A stretch of 64,000 bases of DNA, taken from assembly GCA_012295275.1 (NCBI GenBank), contig CM022666.1, positions 15,314,001 to 15,378,000 of the forward strand, in the 5' to 3' direction. The notes below the pieces were generated by a model. The model saw only the letters and a list, made by a program, of their open reading frames with translations. It was not told the DNA's origin and did no database searches. Numbering within the stretch: position 1 is the first letter of the stretch; each line of letters opens with the position of its first letter. The stretch comes from Chrysomallon squamiferum (taxonomy: Eukaryota; Animalia; Mollusca). Of this stretch, positions 61,783 to 64,000 are shown piece after piece. A program made the translations under genes and the position numbers.

Positions 61783-63450
61783 TTCGTGTTTGAATGTTTC
61801 CACTTCTTTCAGACCCCCTCAACACGTCAATGTTTAATCTACAAGTTTTAAAAACCTTCTTTTAACAACAACCTCTCTCTCTGTAACGTCAACGGTAGCC
61901 TGCATCACGCGCACAGGTTATACACTGCGTCTGCGCAGTCGCAAACAAGAGGCGGTGAAAGGTGATACTATCGAAAAAAAAAAAAAAAAAAAAAACATGA
62001 GGTGTAGATGACAACAGATCCTGTCATGTGAATTATAAATCGAGCCTGTGCAATTTTTAATTTTATTTTATTATTATTAATTTTTTTTATTTTTTTATTT
62101 TTTATTTTTTAACGTTAATTAGGTCGAGCTGTATTTGAAATAATATTTTGATATCCATGCCCAGAGTTCAATCTACGTGTGAATACCGAAAGAGGATTAG
62201 TACATTTGTAACTTAATTGTAATTACATGCATAGGCACGAGCAGGAATGCATACTACTATACATTCTGATGATAAAGCACAAATGAATAATGAATGAATG
62301 GATAAATGAATATTTAGCGCGTGCTGCCGTACGTAGTGTTATATATTTCGATGCACAAATGCATGAATGAATGAATATCTAGCTTCACCTATATACAGAA
62401 TGTGACTCAACAAACAACACGCTGTTTTATAAAAACATATTAATAGTGATTGTCTATACGAGAATATAATTGAAGGAATATATAACGACTATAGCAAGTT
62501 ACAAGTAAAATTACAGTGATAAAATCTTTCTTTATTGTTTTAATTTTTTTTTTTTTTTTTTTTTTGAATGGAAATAATAGAATAATATACCCATGTAGAA
62601 TAATGTTTGAAAAAAAAAAAACACTTGGCAGGAATTTGTTGATTTGTGTTATTAATATCATTTCACTGAAGTACTACGACGTCACGGAAGTAGCTGACAT
62701 CGAAGTAGTCTGACGTCATTGAAAAAAAGAACTTCGTTGACTATATCGACGTCATCAGTATTGGCCTACGTCACTGAATTACTCTGTCATAACTAAAGCA
62801 GTCGGACAAAACTGAAATATACATGACTGGTGTACTTCGATGGTAGTGAAATAGACTGACCTCATTTGGTTAGAATGACGTCACTGAAGAAGGTCCAGTC
62901 AAAATCAATTACGTCATCGATGATTTTAATACTGAGCATCCGACCTATTACGACAAAAATAGAATATTGTTTTTGAATTTTATGTGTAAAGCAGTATGAT
63001 TAAAAGATGTTTGCTGCCGACTGAAAGGAATAATCCTTGCTGAGAGTTGAGGAGCTGTTTTTCTTTTCTTTTTCTTTTTCTTTTCTTTACCATGTTACCA
63101 TTTTATTAATTTTTTCACCTTTAATAACTGCAATGACGTATCGTTCATTGGTCTCTGCAGCTATGTTCGGAGTATCTAATTTCAATGTTAAAAGATTCTG
63201 ACGTTTGTAAGCGATAATCTTGTTCATATTTGTTCTTCATTTAAAACACGATGAAGACGATTATAGTAAATATTGTTCAGTTTGCTGTTCTGAACGGCAA
63301 AACGTGCACAATTATTTTCTTTGTTTGTCTTCAGATATTTTCTGTTCTTATACAATGAAAACCAATTTTTCTCTGCTTCTTATGCATTGATTTGGAGAAA
63401 CCAATATTATTTTCATAGTTAATCAAATAGGCGTATCTACTTTTTTTCAT

Positions 63451-63725
63451 TTGTTCTTTCTTTCGATCTTTCTTAATTTTTTCCTTCTTTCCTTCATTCT
63501 TTCTGTTTCTCTTTTTTGTTATTCTTACTTTCTTTCTTCCACCTTTTCCTCATTCTTTATTTCTATCTTTCTTAATTTTTTCCTTCTTTCCTTCATTCTT
63601 TCTGTTTTCTTTTTTGTTATTCTTTTTTTGTTATTCTTAATTTTTTCTTTCTTTCTTCCTTTCCTTTTTGTTATTCTTACTTTCTTTCTTCCACCTTTTC
63701 CTCATTCTTTATTTCTATCTTTTTA
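63451..63725. repeat. Pyrimidine-rich ~100-bp tandem duplication
   Basis: TCTTTCTTAATTTTTTCCTTCTTTCCTTCATTCTTTCTGTTT occurs at about 63467 and 63566. Confidence 0.85.
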
Positions 63726-64000
63726 TCTTTCTTTTCTCGTTCATTTATTTAAAATAAATTTTCAAACGGCTCAGTAACGATATGTTCAGTTATATCTCCA
63801 AATCAGATGAAAAAACTTCTTAAAAACTTTAGACTAATAATTGTATTCCACCCGTTATGAATTCCACGCATTATTTCAGTGTTGTGATGTCCCCAGCAGG
63901 AAACTGGAATTACAAAATCTGCAGTCAAAACAAGATTACATTTAAAACCTCAACACAAAATCCACGGAACATAATCCTAAAATTAAACCTTCTTAGCTGT

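Overview
AT-rich, microsatellite-laden eukaryotic (animal, most likely lophotrochozoan/molluscan; inferred) genomic DNA. Most entries in the ORF track are repeat artefacts. Hand-splicing at GT-AG boundaries gives five intron-rich genes: (1) TRIP13/PCH2 AAA+ ATPase (minus, ATG 9829, running off the left edge, with an apparent 2-nt frameshift in exon 3); (2) an uncharacterised ~416-aa coiled-coil protein (minus, 14839-20811); (3) PDCD6/ALG-2 penta-EF-hand protein (plus, 22936-27755), head-to-head with gene 2; (4) ZNF341 C2H2 transcription factor (plus, 30107-42833); (5) a 17-exon secreted, possibly GPI-anchored DUF885-family putative metallopeptidase (minus, 46132-61782). The most striking feature is in PDCD6: two intact, diverged 62-nt copies of the exon encoding Ca2+-binding EF-hand 1, which the reading frame forces to be mutually exclusive. 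They are flanked by intronic complementary elements able to form competing RNA duplexes, a candidate structure-controlled splicing switch. A second theme is repeated tandem duplication or satellite expansion seeded at exon-intron junctions in four of the five genes. Homology calls rest on recalled sequences and motifs; no searches were run.
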